Shown one piece after another: positions 1-15,700 of a DNA stretch of 64,000 bases; position 1 is the stretch's first letter; the number at the start of each line of letters is the position of its first letter. Below the pieces are notes generated by a model. It saw only the letters and a program-made list of their open reading frames with translations, had not been told where the DNA came from and did no database searches. This DNA comes from Auanema rhodensis (Eukaryota > Animalia > Nematoda). The stretch covers positions 20,832,001-20,896,000 of the forward strand of contig OZ059900.1 of NCBI GenBank assembly GCA_964057225.1. Direction: 5' to 3'. The position numbers and the translations under genes were made by a program.

Positions 1-3000
1 TTTGGGCTAGGTTTCATTGACATTGCATGAGTTTGAACACTTGAAATCGTAAGTCAAAACCTTGTTTACAGCGAAATTTCCAAAAAGTGGTTTTCCAGCA
101 TAATAAAATATTTCTCATGGGAAATACTGTGTTTTTGTATTTTTCTAGTGTTCAGCATGTAAAATGCTTCATTTAAGTATGTGACACGCTGAAATTCGTT
201 GCATTTGACGACTCATATGAACAAAAATCGATTTAATCAATATTAGCCATAAGGGGCGTGCCCTCAGATTATGCTAATTTCCTTAATTTTCTAACCCCTG
301 TTTTTTGTCGTGAAAGTGGAACTAGACGTTGTAGGAACAATTTTGAGCTAGGTTTCATTGACATTGCATGAGTTTGAACACATGAAATCGTAAGTCAAAA
401 CCTTGTTTACAGCGAAATTTCCAAAAACTGGTTTTCCAGCATAATAAAATATTTCTCATGGGAAAAACTGTGTTTTTGTATTTTTCTAGTGTTCAGCATG
501 TAAAATGCTTCATTTAAGTATGTAACACGCTGAAATTCGTTGCATTTGACTACTCATATGAACAAAAATCGATTTAATCAATATTAGCCATAAGGGGCGT
601 GCCCTCAGAATATGCTAATTTCCTTAATTTTCTAACCCCTGTTTTTTTGTCGTGAAAGTGGAACTAGACGTTGTACAAACAATTTTGAGCTAGGTTTCAT
701 TGACATTGCATGAGTTTGAACACATGAAATCGTAAGTCAAAACCTTGTTTACAGCGAAATTTCCAAAAACTGGTTTTCCAGCATAATAAAATATTTCTCA
801 TGGGAAATACTGTGTTTTTGTATTTTTCTAGTGTTCAGCATGTAAAATGCTTCATTTTAGTATGTAACACGCTGAAATTCGTTGCATTTGACGACTCATA
901 TGAACAAAAATCGATTTAATCAATATTAGCCATAAGGGGCGTGCCCTCAGAATATGCTAATTTCCTTAATTTTCTAACCCCTGTTTTTTTGTCGTGAAAG
1001 TGGAACTAGACGTTGTACGAACAATTTTGAGCTAGGTTTCATTGACATTGCATGAGTTTGAACACATGAAATTGTAAGTCAAAACCTTGTTTACAGCGAA
1101 AATTCCAAAAACTGGTTTCCAGTATAATAAAATATTTCTCATGGGAAATACTGTGTTTTTGTATTTTTCTAGTGTTCAGCATGTAAAATGCTTCATTTAA
1201 GTATGTAACACGCTGAAATTCGTTGCATTTGACTACTCATATGAACAAAAATCGATTTAATCAATATTAGCCATAAGGGGCGTGCCCTCAGAATATGCTA
1301 ATTTCCTTAATTTTCTAACCCCTGTTTTTTTGTCGTGAAAGTGGAACTAGACGTTGTACAAACAATTTTGAGCTAGGTTTCATTGACATTGCATGAGTTT
1401 GAACACATGAAATCGTAAGTCAAAACCTTGTTTACAGCGAAATTTCCAAAAACTGGTTTTCCAGCATAATAAAATATTTCTCATGGGAAATACTGTGTTT
1501 TTGTATTTTTCTAGTGTTCAGCATGTAAAATACTTCATTTTAGTATGTAACACGCTGAAATATGTTGCATTTGACGACTCATATGAACAAACATCGATTT
1601 AATCAATATTAGCCATAAGGGGCGTGCCCTCAGAATATGCTAATTTCCTTAATTTTCTAACCCCTGTTTTTTTGTCGTGAAAGTGTAACTAGACGTTGTA
1701 CGAACAATTTTGAGCTCGGTTTCATTGACATTGCATGAGTTTGAACACATGAAATCGTAAGTCAAAACCTTGTTTACAGCGAAATTTCCAAAAACTGGTT
1801 TTCCAGCATAATAAAATATTTCTTATGGGAAATACTGTGTTTTTGTATTTTTCTAGTGTTCAGCATGTAAAATACTTCATTTTAGTATGTAACACGCTGA
1901 AATTCGTTGCATTTGACGACTCATATGAACAAAAATCGATTTAATCAATATTAGCCATAAGGGGCGTGCCCTCAGAATATGCTAATTTCCTAAATTTTCT
2001 AACCCCTGTTTTTTTGTCGTGAAAGTGGAACTAGACGTTGTACGAACAGTTTTGAGCTAGGTTTCATTGACATTGCATGAGTTTGAACACATGAAATCGT
2101 AAGTCAAAACCTTGTTTACAGCGAAATTTCCAAAAACTGGTTTTCCAGCATAATAAAATATTTCTCATGGGAAAAACTGTGTTTTTGTATTTTTCTAGTG
2201 TTCAGCATGTAAAATGCTTCATTTTAGTATGTAACACGCTGAAATTCGTTGCATTTGACGACTCATATGAACAAAAATCGATTTAATCAATATTAGCCAT
2301 AAGGGGCGTGCCCTCAGAATATGCTAATTTCCTAAATTTTCTAACCCCTGTTTTTTTGTCGTGAAAGTGGAACTAGACGTTGTACGAACAGTTTTGAGCT
2401 AGGTTTCATTGACATTGCATGAGTTTGAACACATGAAATCGTAAGTCAAAACCTTGTTTACAGCGAAAATTCCAAAAACTGGTTTCCAGTATAATAAAAT
2501 ATTTCTCATGGGAAATACTGTGTTTTTGTATTTTTCTAGTGTTCAGCATGTAAAATGCTTCATTTAAGTATGTAACACGCTGAAATTCGTTGCATTTGAC
2601 GACTCATATGAACAAAAATCGATTTAATCAATATTAGCCATAAGGGGCGTGCCCTCAGAATATGCTAATTTCCTTAATTTTCTAACCCCTGTTTTTTTGT
2701 CGTGAAAGTGGAACTAGACGTTGTAGGAACAATTTTGAGCTAGGTTTCATTGACATTGCATGAGTTTGAACACATGAAATCGTAAGTCAAAACCTTGTTT
2801 ACAGCGAAATTTCCAAAAACTCGTTTTCCAGCATAATAAAATATTTCTCATGGGAAATACTGTGTTTTTGTATTTTTTTAGTGTTCAGCATGTAAAATGC
2901 TTCATTTTAGTATGTAACACGCTGAAATTAATTGCATTTGACGACTCATATGAACAAAAATCGATTTAATCAATATTAGCCATAAGGGGCGTGCCCTCAG

Positions 3001-3077
3001 AATATGCTAATTTCCTTAATTTTCTAACCCCTGTTTTTTTGTCGTGAAAGTGGAACTAGACGTTGTACGAACAATTT

Positions 3078-6000
3078 TGAGCTAGGTTTCATTGACATTG
3101 CATGAGTTTGAACACATGAAATCGTAAGTCAAAACCTTGTTTACAGCGAACTTTCCAAAAACTGGTTTTCCAGCATAATAAAATATTTCTCATGGGAAAT
3201 ACTGTGTTTTTGTATTTTTTTAGTGTTCAGCATGTGAAATGCTTCATTTTAGTATGTAACAGGCTGAAATTCGTTGCATTTGACGACTCATATGAACAAA
3301 AATCGATTTAATCAATATTAGCCATAAGGGGCGTGCCCTCAGAATATGCTAATTTCCTTAATTTTCTAACCCCTGTTTTGTTGTCGTGAAAGTGGAACTA
3401 GACGTTGTAGGAACAATTTTGAGCTAGGTTTCATTGACATTGCATGAGTTTGAACACATGAAATCGTAAGTCAAAACCTTGTTTACAGCGAAATTTCCAA
3501 AAACTGGTTTTCCAGCATAATAAAATATTTCTCATGGGAAATACTGTGTTTTTGTATTTTTCTAGTGTTCAGCATGTAAAATGCTTCATTTTAGTATGTA
3601 ACACGCTGAAATTCGTTGCATTTGACGACTCATATGAACAAAAATCGATTTAATCAATATTAGCCATAAGGGGCGTGCCCTCAGAATATGCTAATTTCCT
3701 TAATTTTCTAACCCCTGTTTTTTGTCGTGAAAGTGGAACTAGACGTTGTAGGAACAATTTTGAGCTAGGTTTCATTGACATTGCATGAGTTTGAACACAT
3801 GAAATCGTAAGTCAAAACCTTGTTTACAGCGAAATTTCCAAAAACTGGTTTTCCAGCATAATAAAATATTTCTCATGGGAAATACTGTGTTTTTGTATTT
3901 TTATAGTGTTCAGCATGTAAAATGCTTCATTTTAGTATGTAACACGCTGAAATTCGTTGCATTTGACGACTCATATGAACAAAAATCGATTTAATCAATA
4001 TTAGCCATAAGGGGCGTGCCCTCAGAATATGCTAATTTCCTTAATTTTCTAACCCCTGTTTTTTTGTCGTGAAAGTGGAACTAGACGTTGTACGAACAAT
4101 TTTGAGCTAGGTTTCATTGACATTGCATGAGTTTGAACACATGAAATCGTAAGTCAAAACCTTGTTTACAGCGAACTTTCCAAAAACTGGTTTTCCAGCA
4201 TAATAAAATATTTCTCATGGGAAATACTGTGTTTTTGTATTTTTCTAGTGTTCAGCATGTGAAATGCTTCATTTTAGTATGTAACAGGCTGAAATTCGTT
4301 GCATTTGACGACTCATATGAACAAAAATCGATTTAATCAATATTAGCCATAAGGGGCGTGCCCTCAGAATATGCTAATTTCCTTAATTTTCTAACCCCTG
4401 TTTTGTTGTCGTGAAAGTGGAACTAGACGTTGTAGGAACAATTTTGAGCTAGGTTTCATTGACATTGCATGAGTTTGAACACATGAAATCGTAAGTCAAA
4501 ACCTTGTTTACAGCGAAATTTCCAAAAACTGGTTTTCCAGCATAATAAAATATTTCTCATGGGAAATACTGTGTTTTTGTATTTTTCTAGTGTTCAGCAT
4601 GTAAAATGCTTCATTTTAGTATGTAACACGCTGAAATTCGTTGCATTTGACGACTCATATGAACAAAAATCGATTTAATCAATATTAGCCATAAGGGGCG
4701 TGCCCTCAGAATATGCTAATTTCCTTAATTTTCTAACCCCTGTTTTTTGTCGTGAAAGTGGAACTAGACGTTGTAGGAACAATTTTGAGCTAGGTTTCAT
4801 TGACATTGCATGAGTTTGAACACATGAAATCGTAAGTCAAAACCTTGTTTACAGCGAAATTTCCAAAAACTGGTTTTCCAGCATAATAAAATATTTCTCA
4901 TGGGAAATACTGTGTTTTTGTATTTTTATAGTGTTCAGCATGTAAAATGCTTCATTTTAGTATGTAACACGCTGAAATTCGTTGCATTTGACGACTCATA
5001 TGAACAAAAATCGATTTAATCAATATTAGCCATAAGGGGCGTGCCCTCAGAATATGCTAATTTCCTTAATTTTCTAACCCCTGTTTTTTTGTCGTGAAAG
5101 TGGAATTAGACGTTGTAGGAACAATTTTGAGCTAGGTTTCATTGACATTGCATGAGTTTGAACACATGAAATCGTAAGTCAAAACCTTGTTTACAGCGAA
5201 ACTTCCAAAAACTGGTTTTCCAGCATAATAAAATATTTCTCATGGGAAATACTGTGTTTTTGTATTTTTCTAGTGTTCAGCATGTAAAATGATTCATTTT
5301 AGTATGTAACACGCTGAAATTCGTTGCATTTGACGACTCATATGAACAAAAATCGATTTAATCAATATTAGCCATAAGGGGCGTGCCCTCAGAATATGCT
5401 AATTTCCTTAATTTTCTAACCCCTGTTTTGTTGTCGTGAAAGTGGAACTAGACGTTGTAGGAACAATTTTGAGCTAGGTTTCATTGACATTGCATGAGTT
5501 TGAACACATGAAATCGTAAGTCAAAACCTTGTTTACAGCGAAATTTCCAAAAACTGGTTTTCCAGCATAATAAAATATTTCTCATGGGAAATACTGTGTT
5601 TTTGTATTTTTCTAGTGTTCAGCATGTAAAATGCTTCATTTTAGTATGTAACACGCTGAAATTCGTTGCATTTGACGACTCATATGAACAAAAATCGATT
5701 TAATCAATATTAGCCATAAGGGGCGTGCCCTCAGAATATGCTAATTTCCTTAATTTTCTAACCCCTGTTTTTTGTCGTGAAAGTGGAACTAGACGTTGTA
5801 GGAACAATTTTGAGCTAGGTTTCATTGACATTGCATGAGTTTGAACACATGAAATCGTAAGTCAAAACCTTGTTTACAGCGAAATTTCCAAAAACTGGTT
5901 TTCCAGCATAATAAAATATTTCTCATGGGAAATACTGTGTTTTTGTATTTTTATAGTGTTCAGCATGTAAAATGCTTCATTTTAGTATGTAACACGCTGA

Positions 6001-6480
6001 AATTCGTTGCATTTGACGACTCATATGAACAAAAATCGATTTAATCAATATTAGCCATAAGGGGCGTGCCCTCAGAATATGCTAATTTCCTTAATTTTCT
6101 AACCCCTGTTTTTTTGTCGTGAAAGTGGAATTAGACGTTGTAGGAACAATTTTGAGCTAGGTTTCATTGACATTGCATGAGTTTGAACACATGAAATCGT
6201 AAGTCAAAACCTTGTTTACAGCGAAACTTCCAAAAACTGGTTTTCCAGCATAATAAAATATTTCTCATGGGAAATACTGTGTTTTTGTATTTTTCTAGTG
6301 TTCAGCATGTAAAATGATTCATTTTAGTATGTAACACGCTGAAATTCGTTGCATTTGACGACTCATATGAACAAAAATCGATTTAATCAATATTAGCCAT
6401 AAGGGGCGTGCCCTCAGAATATGCTAATTTCCTTAATTTTCTAACCCCTGTTTTTTTGTCGTGAAAGTGGAACTAGACGT
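3078..6480. repeat. Local 3-monomer higher-order repeat (period 1025 bp), about 3 copies
   Basis: Variant TTTTGTTGTC at 3380, 4405 and 5430; AACAGGCTG at 3262 and 4287; GAAACTTCC at 5202 and 6227. Confidence 0.85.
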
Positions 6481-7580
6481 TGTACGAACAATTTTGAGCT
6501 AGGTTTCATTGACATTGCATGAGTTTGAACACATGAAATTGTAAGTCAAAACCTTGTTTACAGCGAAAATTCCAAAAACTGGTTTCCAGTATAATAAAAT
6601 ATTTCTCATGGGAAATACTGTGTTTTTGTATTTTTCTAGTGTTCAGCATGTAAAATGCTTCATTTAAGTATGTAACACGCTGAAATTCGTTGCATTTGAC
6701 TACTCATATGAACAAAAATCGATTTAATCAATATTAGCCATAAGGGGCGTGCCCTCAGAATATGCTAATTTCCTTAATTTTCTAACCCCTGTTTTTTTGT
6801 CGTGAAAGTGGAACTAGACGTTGTACAAACAATTTTGAGCTAGGTTTCATTGACATTGCATGAGTTTGAACACATGAAATCGTAAGTCAAAACCTTGTTT
6901 ACAGCGAAACTTCCAAAAACTGGTTTTCCAGCATAATAAAATATTTCTCATGGGAAATACTGTGTTTTTGTATTTTTCTAGTGTTCAGCATGTAAAATGA
7001 TTCATTTTAGTATGTAACACGCTGAAATTCGTTGCATTTGACGACTCATATGAACAAAAATCGATTTAATCAATATTAGCCATAAGGGGCGTGCCCTCAG
7101 AATATGCTAATTTCCTTAATTTTCTAACCCCTGTTTTTTTGTCGTGAAAGTGGAACTAGACGTTGTACGAACAATTTTGAGCTAGGTTTCATTGACATTG
7201 CATGAGTTTGAACACATGAAATTGTAAGTCAAAACCTTGTTTACAGCGAAAATTCCAAAAACTGGTTTCCAGTATAATAAAATATTTCTCATGGGAAATA
7301 CTGTGTTTTTGTATTTTTCTAGTGTTCAGCATGTAAAATGCTTCATTTAAGTATGTAACACGCTGAAATTCGTTGCATTTGACTACTCATATGAACAAAA
7401 ATCGATTTAATCAATATTAGCCATAAGGGGCGTGCCCTCAGAATATGCTAATTTCCTTAATTTTCTAACCCCTGTTTTTTTGTCGTGAAAGTGGAACTAG
7501 ACGTTGTACAAACAATTTTGAGCTAGGTTTCATTGACATTGCATGAGTTTGAACACATGAAATCGTAAGTCAAAACCTTG
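6151..7580. repeat. Local 2-monomer duplication (period 683 bp)
   Basis: GAAACTTCC at 6227 and 6910; AATGATTC at 6317 and 7000; AAATTGTAAG at 6540 and 7223. Confidence 0.85.
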
Positions 7581-9741
7581 TTTACAGCGAAATTTCCAAA
7601 AACTGGTTTTCCAGCATAATAAAATATTTCTCATGGGAAATACTGTGTTTTTGTATTTTTCTAGTGTTCAGCATGTGAAATGCTTCATTTTAGTATGTAA
7701 CACGCTGAAATTCGTTAAATTTGACGACTCATATGAACAAAAATCGATTTAATCAATATTAGCCATAAGGGGCGTGCCCTCAGAATATGCTAATTTCCTT
7801 AATTTTCTAACCCCTGTTTTTTGTCGTGAAAGTGGAACTAGACGTTGTAGGAACAATTTTGAGCTAGGTTTCATTGACATTGCATGAGTTTGAACACATG
7901 AAATCGTAAGTCAAAACCTTGTTTACAGCGAAATTTCCAAAAACTGGTTTTCCAGCATAATAAAATATTTCTCATGGGAAATACTGTGTTTTTGTATTTT
8001 TATAGTGTTCAGCATGTAAAATGCTTCATTTTAGTATGTAACACGCTGAAATTCGTTGCATTTGACGACTCATATGAACAAAAATCGATTTAATCAATAT
8101 TAGACATAAGGGGCGTGCCCTCAGAATATGCTAATTTCCTTAATTTTCTAACCCCTGTTTTTTTGTCGTGAAAGTGGAATTAGACGTTGTAGGAACAATT
8201 TTGAGCTAGGTTTCATTGACATTGCATGAGTTTGAACACATGAAATCGTAAGTCAAAACCTTGTTTACAGCGAAACTTCCAAAAACTGGTTTTCCAGCAT
8301 AATAAAATATTTCTCATGGGAAATACTGTGTTTTTGTAATTTTCTAGTGTTCAGCATGTAAAATACTTCATTTTAGTATGTAACACGATGAAATTCGTTG
8401 CATTTGACGACTCATATGAACAAAAATCGATTTAATCAATATTAGCCATAAGGGGCGTGCCCTCAGAATATGCTAATTTCCTAAATTTTCTAACCCCTGT
8501 TTTTTTGTCGTGAAAGTGGAACTAGACGTTGTACGAACAATTTTGAGCTAGGTTTCATTGACATTGCATGAGTTTGAACACATGAAATCGTAAGTCAAAA
8601 CCTTGTTTACAGCGAAATTTCCAAAAACTGGTTTTCCAGCATAATAAAATATTTCTCATGGGAAAAACTGTGTTTTTGTATTTTTCTAGTGTTCAGCATG
8701 TAAAATGCTTCATTTTAGTATGTAACACGCTGAAATTCGTTGCATTTGACGACTCATATGAACAAAAATCGATTTAATCAATATTAGCCATAAGGGGCGT
8801 GCCCTCAGAATATGCTAATTTCCTTAATTTTCTAACCCCTGTTTTTTTGTCGTGAAAGTGGAACTAGACGTTGTACGAACAATTTTGAGCTAGGTTTCAT
8901 TGACATTGCATGAGTTTGAACACATGAAATCGTAAGTCAAAACCTTGTTTACAGCGAAAATTCCAAAAACTGGTTTCCAGTATAATAAAATATTTCTCAT
9001 GGGAAATACTGTGTTTTTGTATTTTTCTAGTGTTCAGCATGTAAAATGCTTCATTTAAGTATGTAACACGCTGAAATTCGTTGCATTTGACTACTCATAT
9101 GAACAAAAATCGATTTAATCAATATTAGCCATAAGGGGCGTGCCCTCAGAATATGCTAATTTCCTTAATTTTCTAACCCCTGTTTTTTTGTCGTGAAAGT
9201 GGAACTAGACGTTGTACAAACAATTTTGAGCTAGGTTTCATTGACATTGCATGAGTTTGAACACATGAAATCGTAAGTCAAAACCTTGTTTACAGCGAAA
9301 TTTCCAAAAACTGGTTTTCCAGCATAATAAAATATTTCTCATGGGAAATACTGTGTTTTTGTATTTTTCTAGTGTTTAGCATGTAAAATACTTCATTTTA
9401 GTATGTAACACGCTGAAATTCGTTGCATTTGACGACTCATATGCACAAAAATCGATTTAATCAATATTAGCCATAAGGGGCGTGCCCTCAGAATATGCTA
9501 ATTTCCTTAATTTTCTAACCCCTGTTTTTTTGTCGTGAAAGTGTAACTAGACGTTGTACGAACAATTTTGAGCTAGGTTTCATTGACATTGCATGAGTTT
9601 GAACACATGAAATCGTAAGTCAAAACCTTGTTTACAGCGAAATTTCCAAAAACTGGTTTTCCAGCATAATAAAATATTTCTTATGGGAAATACTGTGTTT
9701 TTGTATTTTTCTAGTGTTCAGCATGTAAAATACTTCATTTT

Positions 9742-12700
9742 AGTATGTAACACGCTGAAATTCGTTGCATTTGACGACTCATATGAACAAAAATCGATTT
9801 AATCAATATTAGCCATAAGGGGCGTGCCCTCAGAATATGCTAATTTCCTAAATTTTCTAACCCCTGTTTTTTTGTCGTGAAAGTGGAACTAGACGTTGTA
9901 CGAACAGTTTTGAGCTAGGTTTCATTGACATTGCATGAGTTTGAACACATGAAATCGTAAGTCAAAACCTTGTTTACAGCGAAATTTCCAAAAACTGGTT
10001 TTCCAGCATAATAAAATATTTCTCATGGGAAAAACTGTGTTTTTGTATTTTTCTAGTGTTCAGCATGTAAAATGCTTCATTTCAGTATGTAACACGCTGA
10101 AATTCGTTGCATTTGACGACTCATATGAACAAAAATCGATTTAATCAATATTAGCCATAAGGGGCGTGCCCTCAGAATATGCTAATTTCCTTAATTTTCT
10201 AACCCCTGTTTTTTTGTCGTGAAAGTGGAACTAGACGTTGTACGAACAATTTTGAGCTAGGTTTCATTGACATTGCATGAGTTTGAACACATGAAATCGT
10301 AAGTCAAAACCTTGTTTACAGCGAAATTTCCAAAAACTGGTTTTCCAGCATAATAAACAATTTCTTATGGGAAATACTGTGTTTTTGTATTTTTCTAGTG
10401 TTCAGCATGTAAAATACTTCATTTTAGTATGTAACACGCTGAAATTCGTTGCATTTGACGACTCATATGAACAAAAATCGATTTAATCAATATTAGCCAT
10501 AAGGGGCGTGCCCTCAGAATATGCTAATTTCCTAAATTTTCTAACCCCTGTTTTTTTGTCGTGAAAATGGAACTAGACGTTGTACGAACAGTTTTGAGCT
10601 AGGTTTCATTGACATTGCATGAGTTTGAACACATGAAATCGTAAGTCAAAACCTTGTTTACAGCGAAATTTCCAAAAACTGGTTTTCCAGCATAATAAAA
10701 TATTTCTCATGGGAAATACTGTGTTTTTGTATTTTTATAGTGTTCAGCATGTAAAATGCTTCACTTTAGTATGTAACACGCTGAAATTCGTTGCATTTGA
10801 CGACTCATATGAACAAAAATCGATTTAATCAATATTAGCCATAAGGGTCGTGCCCTCAGAATATGCTAATTTCCTTAATTTTCTAACCCCTGTTTTTTTG
10901 TCGTGAAAGTGGAACTAGACGTTGTAGGAACAGTTTTGAGCTAGGTTTCATTGACATTGCATGAGTTTGAACACATGAAATCGTAAGTCAAAACCTTGTT
11001 TACAGCGAAATTTCCAAAAAGTGGTTTTCCAGCATAATAAAATATTTCTCATGGGAAATACTGTGTTTTTGTATTTTTCTAGTGTTCAGCATGTAAAATG
11101 CTTCATTTTAGTATGTAACACGCTGAAATTCGTTGCATTTGACGACTCATATGAACAAAAATCGATTTAATCAATATTAGCCATAAGGGGCGTGCCCTCA
11201 GAATATGCTAATTTCCTTAATTTTCTAACCCCTGTTTTTTGTCGTGAAAGTGGAACTAGACGTTGTAGGAACAATTTTGAGCTAGGTTTCATTGACATTG
11301 CATGAGTTTGAACACATGAAATCGTAAGTCAAAACCTTGTTTACAGCGAAATTTCCAAAAACTGGTTTTCCAGCATAATAAAATATTTCTCATGGGAAAT
11401 ACTGTGTTTTTGTACTTTTCTAGTGTTCAGCATGTAAAATACTTCATTTTAGTATGTAACACGCTGAAATTCGTTGCATTTGACGACTCATATGAACAAA
11501 AATCGATTTAATCAATATTAGCCATAAGGGGCGTGCCCTCAGAATATGCTAATTTCCTAAATTTTCTAACCCCTGTTTTTTTGTCGTGAAAGTGGAACTA
11601 GACGTTGTACGAACAATTTTGAGCTAGGTTTCATTGACATTGCATGAGTTTGAACACATGAAATCGTAAGTCATAACCTTGTTTACAGCGAAATTTCCAA
11701 AAACTGGTTTTCCAGCATAATAAAATATTTCTCATGGGAAATACTGTGTTTTTGTATTTTTCTAGTGTTCAGCATGTAAAATACTTCATTTTAGTTTGTA
11801 ACACGCTGAAATTCGTTGCATTTGACGACTTATATGAACAAAAATCGATTTAATCAATATTAGCCATAAGGGGCGTGCCCTCAGAATATGCTAATTTCCT
11901 AAATTTTCTAACCCCTGTTTTTTTGTCGTGAAAGTGGAACTAGACGTTGTACGAACAATTTTGAGCTAGGTTTTATTGACATTGCATGAGTTTGAACACA
12001 TGAAATCGTAAGTCAAAACCTTGTTTACAGCGAAAATTCCAAAAACTGGTTTCCAGCATAATAAAATATTTCTCATGGGAAATACTGTGTTTTTGTATTT
12101 TTCTAGTGTTCAGCATGTAAAATGCTTCATTTAAGTATGTAACACGCTGAAATTCGTTGCATTTGACTACTCATATGAACAAAAATCGATTTAATCAATA
12201 TTAGCCATAAGGGGCGTGCCCTCAGAATATGCTAATTTCCTTAATTTTCTAACCCCTGTTTTTTTGTCGTGAAAGTGGAACTAGACGTTGTACGAACAAT
12301 TTTGAGCTAGGTTTCATTGACATTGCATGAGTTTGAACACATGAAATCGTAAGTCAAAATCTTGTTTACAGCGAAATTTCCAAAAACTGGTTTTCCAGCA
12401 TAATAAAATATTTCTTATGGGAAATACTGTGTTTTTGTATTTCTCTAGTGTTCAGCATGTAAAATACTTCATTTTAGTATGTAACACGCTGAAATTCGTT
12501 GCATTTGACGACTCATATGAACAAAAATCGATTTAATCAATATTAGCCATAAGGGGCGTGCCCTCAGAATATGCTAATTTCCTTAATTTTCTAACCCCTG
12601 TTTTTTTGTCGTGAAAGTGGAACTAGACGTTGTACGAACAGTTTTGAGCTAGGTTTCATTGACATTGCATGAGTTTGAACACATGAAATCGTAAGTCAAA

Positions 12701-15700
12701 ACCTTGTTTACAGCGAAATTTCCAAAAACTGGTTTTCCAGCATAATAAAATATTTCTCATGGGAAAAACTGTGTTTTTGTATTTTTCTAGTGTTCAGCAT
12801 GTAAAATGCTTCATTTTAGTATGTAACACGCTGAAATTCGTTGCATTTGACGACTCATATGAACAAAAATCGATTTAATCAATATTAGCCATAAGGGGCG
12901 TGCCCTCAGAATATGCTAATTTCCTTAATTTTCTAACCCCTGTTTTTTGTCGTGAAAGTGGAACTAGACGTTGTACGAACAATTTTGAGCTAGGTTTCAT
13001 TGACATTGCATGAGTTTGAACTCATGAAATCGTAAGTCAAAACCTTGTTTACAGCGAAATTTCCAAAAACTGGTTTTCCAGCATAATAAAATATTTCTCA
13101 TGGGAAATACTGTGTTTTTGTACTTTTCTAGTGTTCAGCATGTAAAATACTTCATTTTAGTATGTAACACGCTGAAATTCGTTGCATTTGACGACTCATA
13201 TGAACAAAAATCGATTTAATCAATATTAGCCATAAGGGGCGTGCCCTCAGAATATGCTAATTTCCTAAATTTTCTAACCCCTGTTTTTTTGTCGTGAAAG
13301 TGGAACTAGACGTTGTACGAACAATTTTGAGCTAGGTTTCATTGACATTGCATGAGTTTGAACACATGAAATCGTAAGTCATAACCTTGTTTACAGCGAA
13401 ATTTCCAAAAACTGGTTTTCCAGCATAATAAAATATTTCTCATGGGAAATACTGTGTTTTTGTATTTTTCTAGTGTTCAGCATGTAAAATACTTCATTTT
13501 AGTTTGTAACACGCTGAAATTCGTTGCATTTGACGACTTATATGAACAAAAATCGATTTAATCAATATTAGCCATAAGGGGCGTGCCCTCAGAATATGCT
13601 AATTTCCTAAATTTTCTAACCCCTGTTTTTTTGTCGTGAAAGTGGAACTAGACGTTGTACGAACAATTTTGAGCTAGGTTTTATTGACATTGCATGAGTT
13701 TGAACACATGAAATCGTAAGTCAAAACCTTGTTTACAGCGAAAATTCCAAAAACTGGTTTCCAGCATAATAAAATATTTCTCATGGGAAATACTGTGTTT
13801 TTGTATTTTTCTAGTGTTCAGCATGTAAAATGCTTCATTTAAGTATGTAACACGCTGAAATTCGTTGCATTTGACGACTCATATGAACAAAAATCGATTT
13901 AATCAATATTAGCCATAAGGGGCGTGCCCTCAGAATATGCTAATTTCCTAAATTTTCTAACCCCTGTTTTTTTGTCGTGAAAGTGGAACTAGACGTTGTA
14001 CGAACAGTTTTGAGCTAGGTTTCATTGACATTGCATGAGTTTGAACACATGAAATCGTAAGTCAAAACCTTGTTTACAGCGAAATTTCCAAAAACTGGTT
14101 TTCCAGCATAATAAAATATTTCTCATGGGAAAAACTGTGTTTTTGTATTTTTCTAGTGTTCAGCATGTAAAATGCTTCATTTCAGTATGTAACACGCTGA
14201 AATTCGTTGCATTTGACGACTCATATGAACAAAAATCGATTTAATCAATATTAGCCATAAGGGGCGTGCCCTCAGAATATGCTAATTTCCTTAATTTTCT
14301 AACCCCTGTTTTTTTGTCGTGAAAGTGGAACTAGACGTTGTACGAACAATTTTGAGCTAGGTTTCATTGACATTGCATGAGTTTGAACACATGAAATCGT
14401 AAGTCAAAACCTTGTTTACAGCGAAATTTCCAAAAACTGGTTTTCCAGCATAATAAACAATTTCTTATGGGAAATACTGTGTTTTTGTATTTTTCTAGTG
14501 TTCAGCATGTAAAATACTTCATTTTAGTATGTAACACGCTGAAATTCGTTGCATTTGACGACTCATATGAACAAAAATCGATTTAATCAATATTAGCCAT
14601 AAGGGGCGTGCCCTCAGAATATGCTAATTTCCTAAATTTTCTAACCCCTGTTTTTTTGTCGTGAAAGTGGAACTAGACGTTGTACGAACAGTTTTGAGCT
14701 AGGTTTCATTGACATTGCATGAGTTTGAACACATGAAATCGTAAGTCAAAACCTTGTTTACAGCGAAATTTCCAAAAACTGGTTTTCCAGCATAATAAAA
14801 TATTTCTCATGGGAAATACTGTGTTTTTGTATTTTTATAGTGTTCAGCATGTAAAATGCTTCACTTTAGTATGTAACACGCTGAAATTCGTTGCATTTGA
14901 CGACTCATATGAACAAAAATCGATTTAATCAATATTAGCCATAAGGGTCGTGCCCTCAGAATATGCTAATTTCCTTAATTTTCTAACCCCTGTTTTTTTG
15001 TCGTGAAAGTGGAACTAGACGTTGTAGGAACAGTTTTGAGCTAGGTTTCATTGACATTGCATGAGTTTGAACACATGAAATCGTAAGTCAAAACCTTGTT
15101 TACAGCGAAATTTCCAAAAAGTGGTTTTCCAGCATAATAAAATATTTCTCATGGGAAATACTGTGTTTTTGTATTTTTCTAGTGTTCAGCATGTAAAATG
15201 CTTCATTTTAGTATGTAACACGCTGAAATTCGTTGCATTTGACGACTCATATGAACAAAAATCGATTTAATCAATATTAGCCATAAGGGGCGTGCCCTCA
15301 GAATATGCTAATTTCCTTAATTTTCTAACCCCTGTTTTTTGTCGTGAAAGTGGAACTAGACGTTGTAGGAACAATTTTGAGCTAGGTTTCATTGACATTG
15401 CATGAGTTTGAACACATGAAATCGTAAGTCAAAACCTTGTTTACAGCGAAATTTCCAAAAACTGGTTTTCCAGCATAATAAAATATTTCTCATGGGAAAT
15501 ACTGTGTTTTTGTACTTTTCTAGTGTTCAGCATGTAAAATACTTCATTTTAGTATGTAACACGCTGAAATTCGTTGCATTTGACGACTCATATGAACAAA
15601 AATCGATTTAATCAATATTAGCCATAAGGGGCGTGCCCTCAGAATATGCTAATTTCCTAAATTTTCTAACCCCTGTTTTTTTGTCGTGAAAGTGGAACTA

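Noticed and set aside
1-342. Monomer length divisible by 3 (114 codons), suggesting a repetitive protein-coding gene
   Set aside because: All six frames have stops within the first ~60 bp of the consensus monomer, and 1-bp indels between copies are common.
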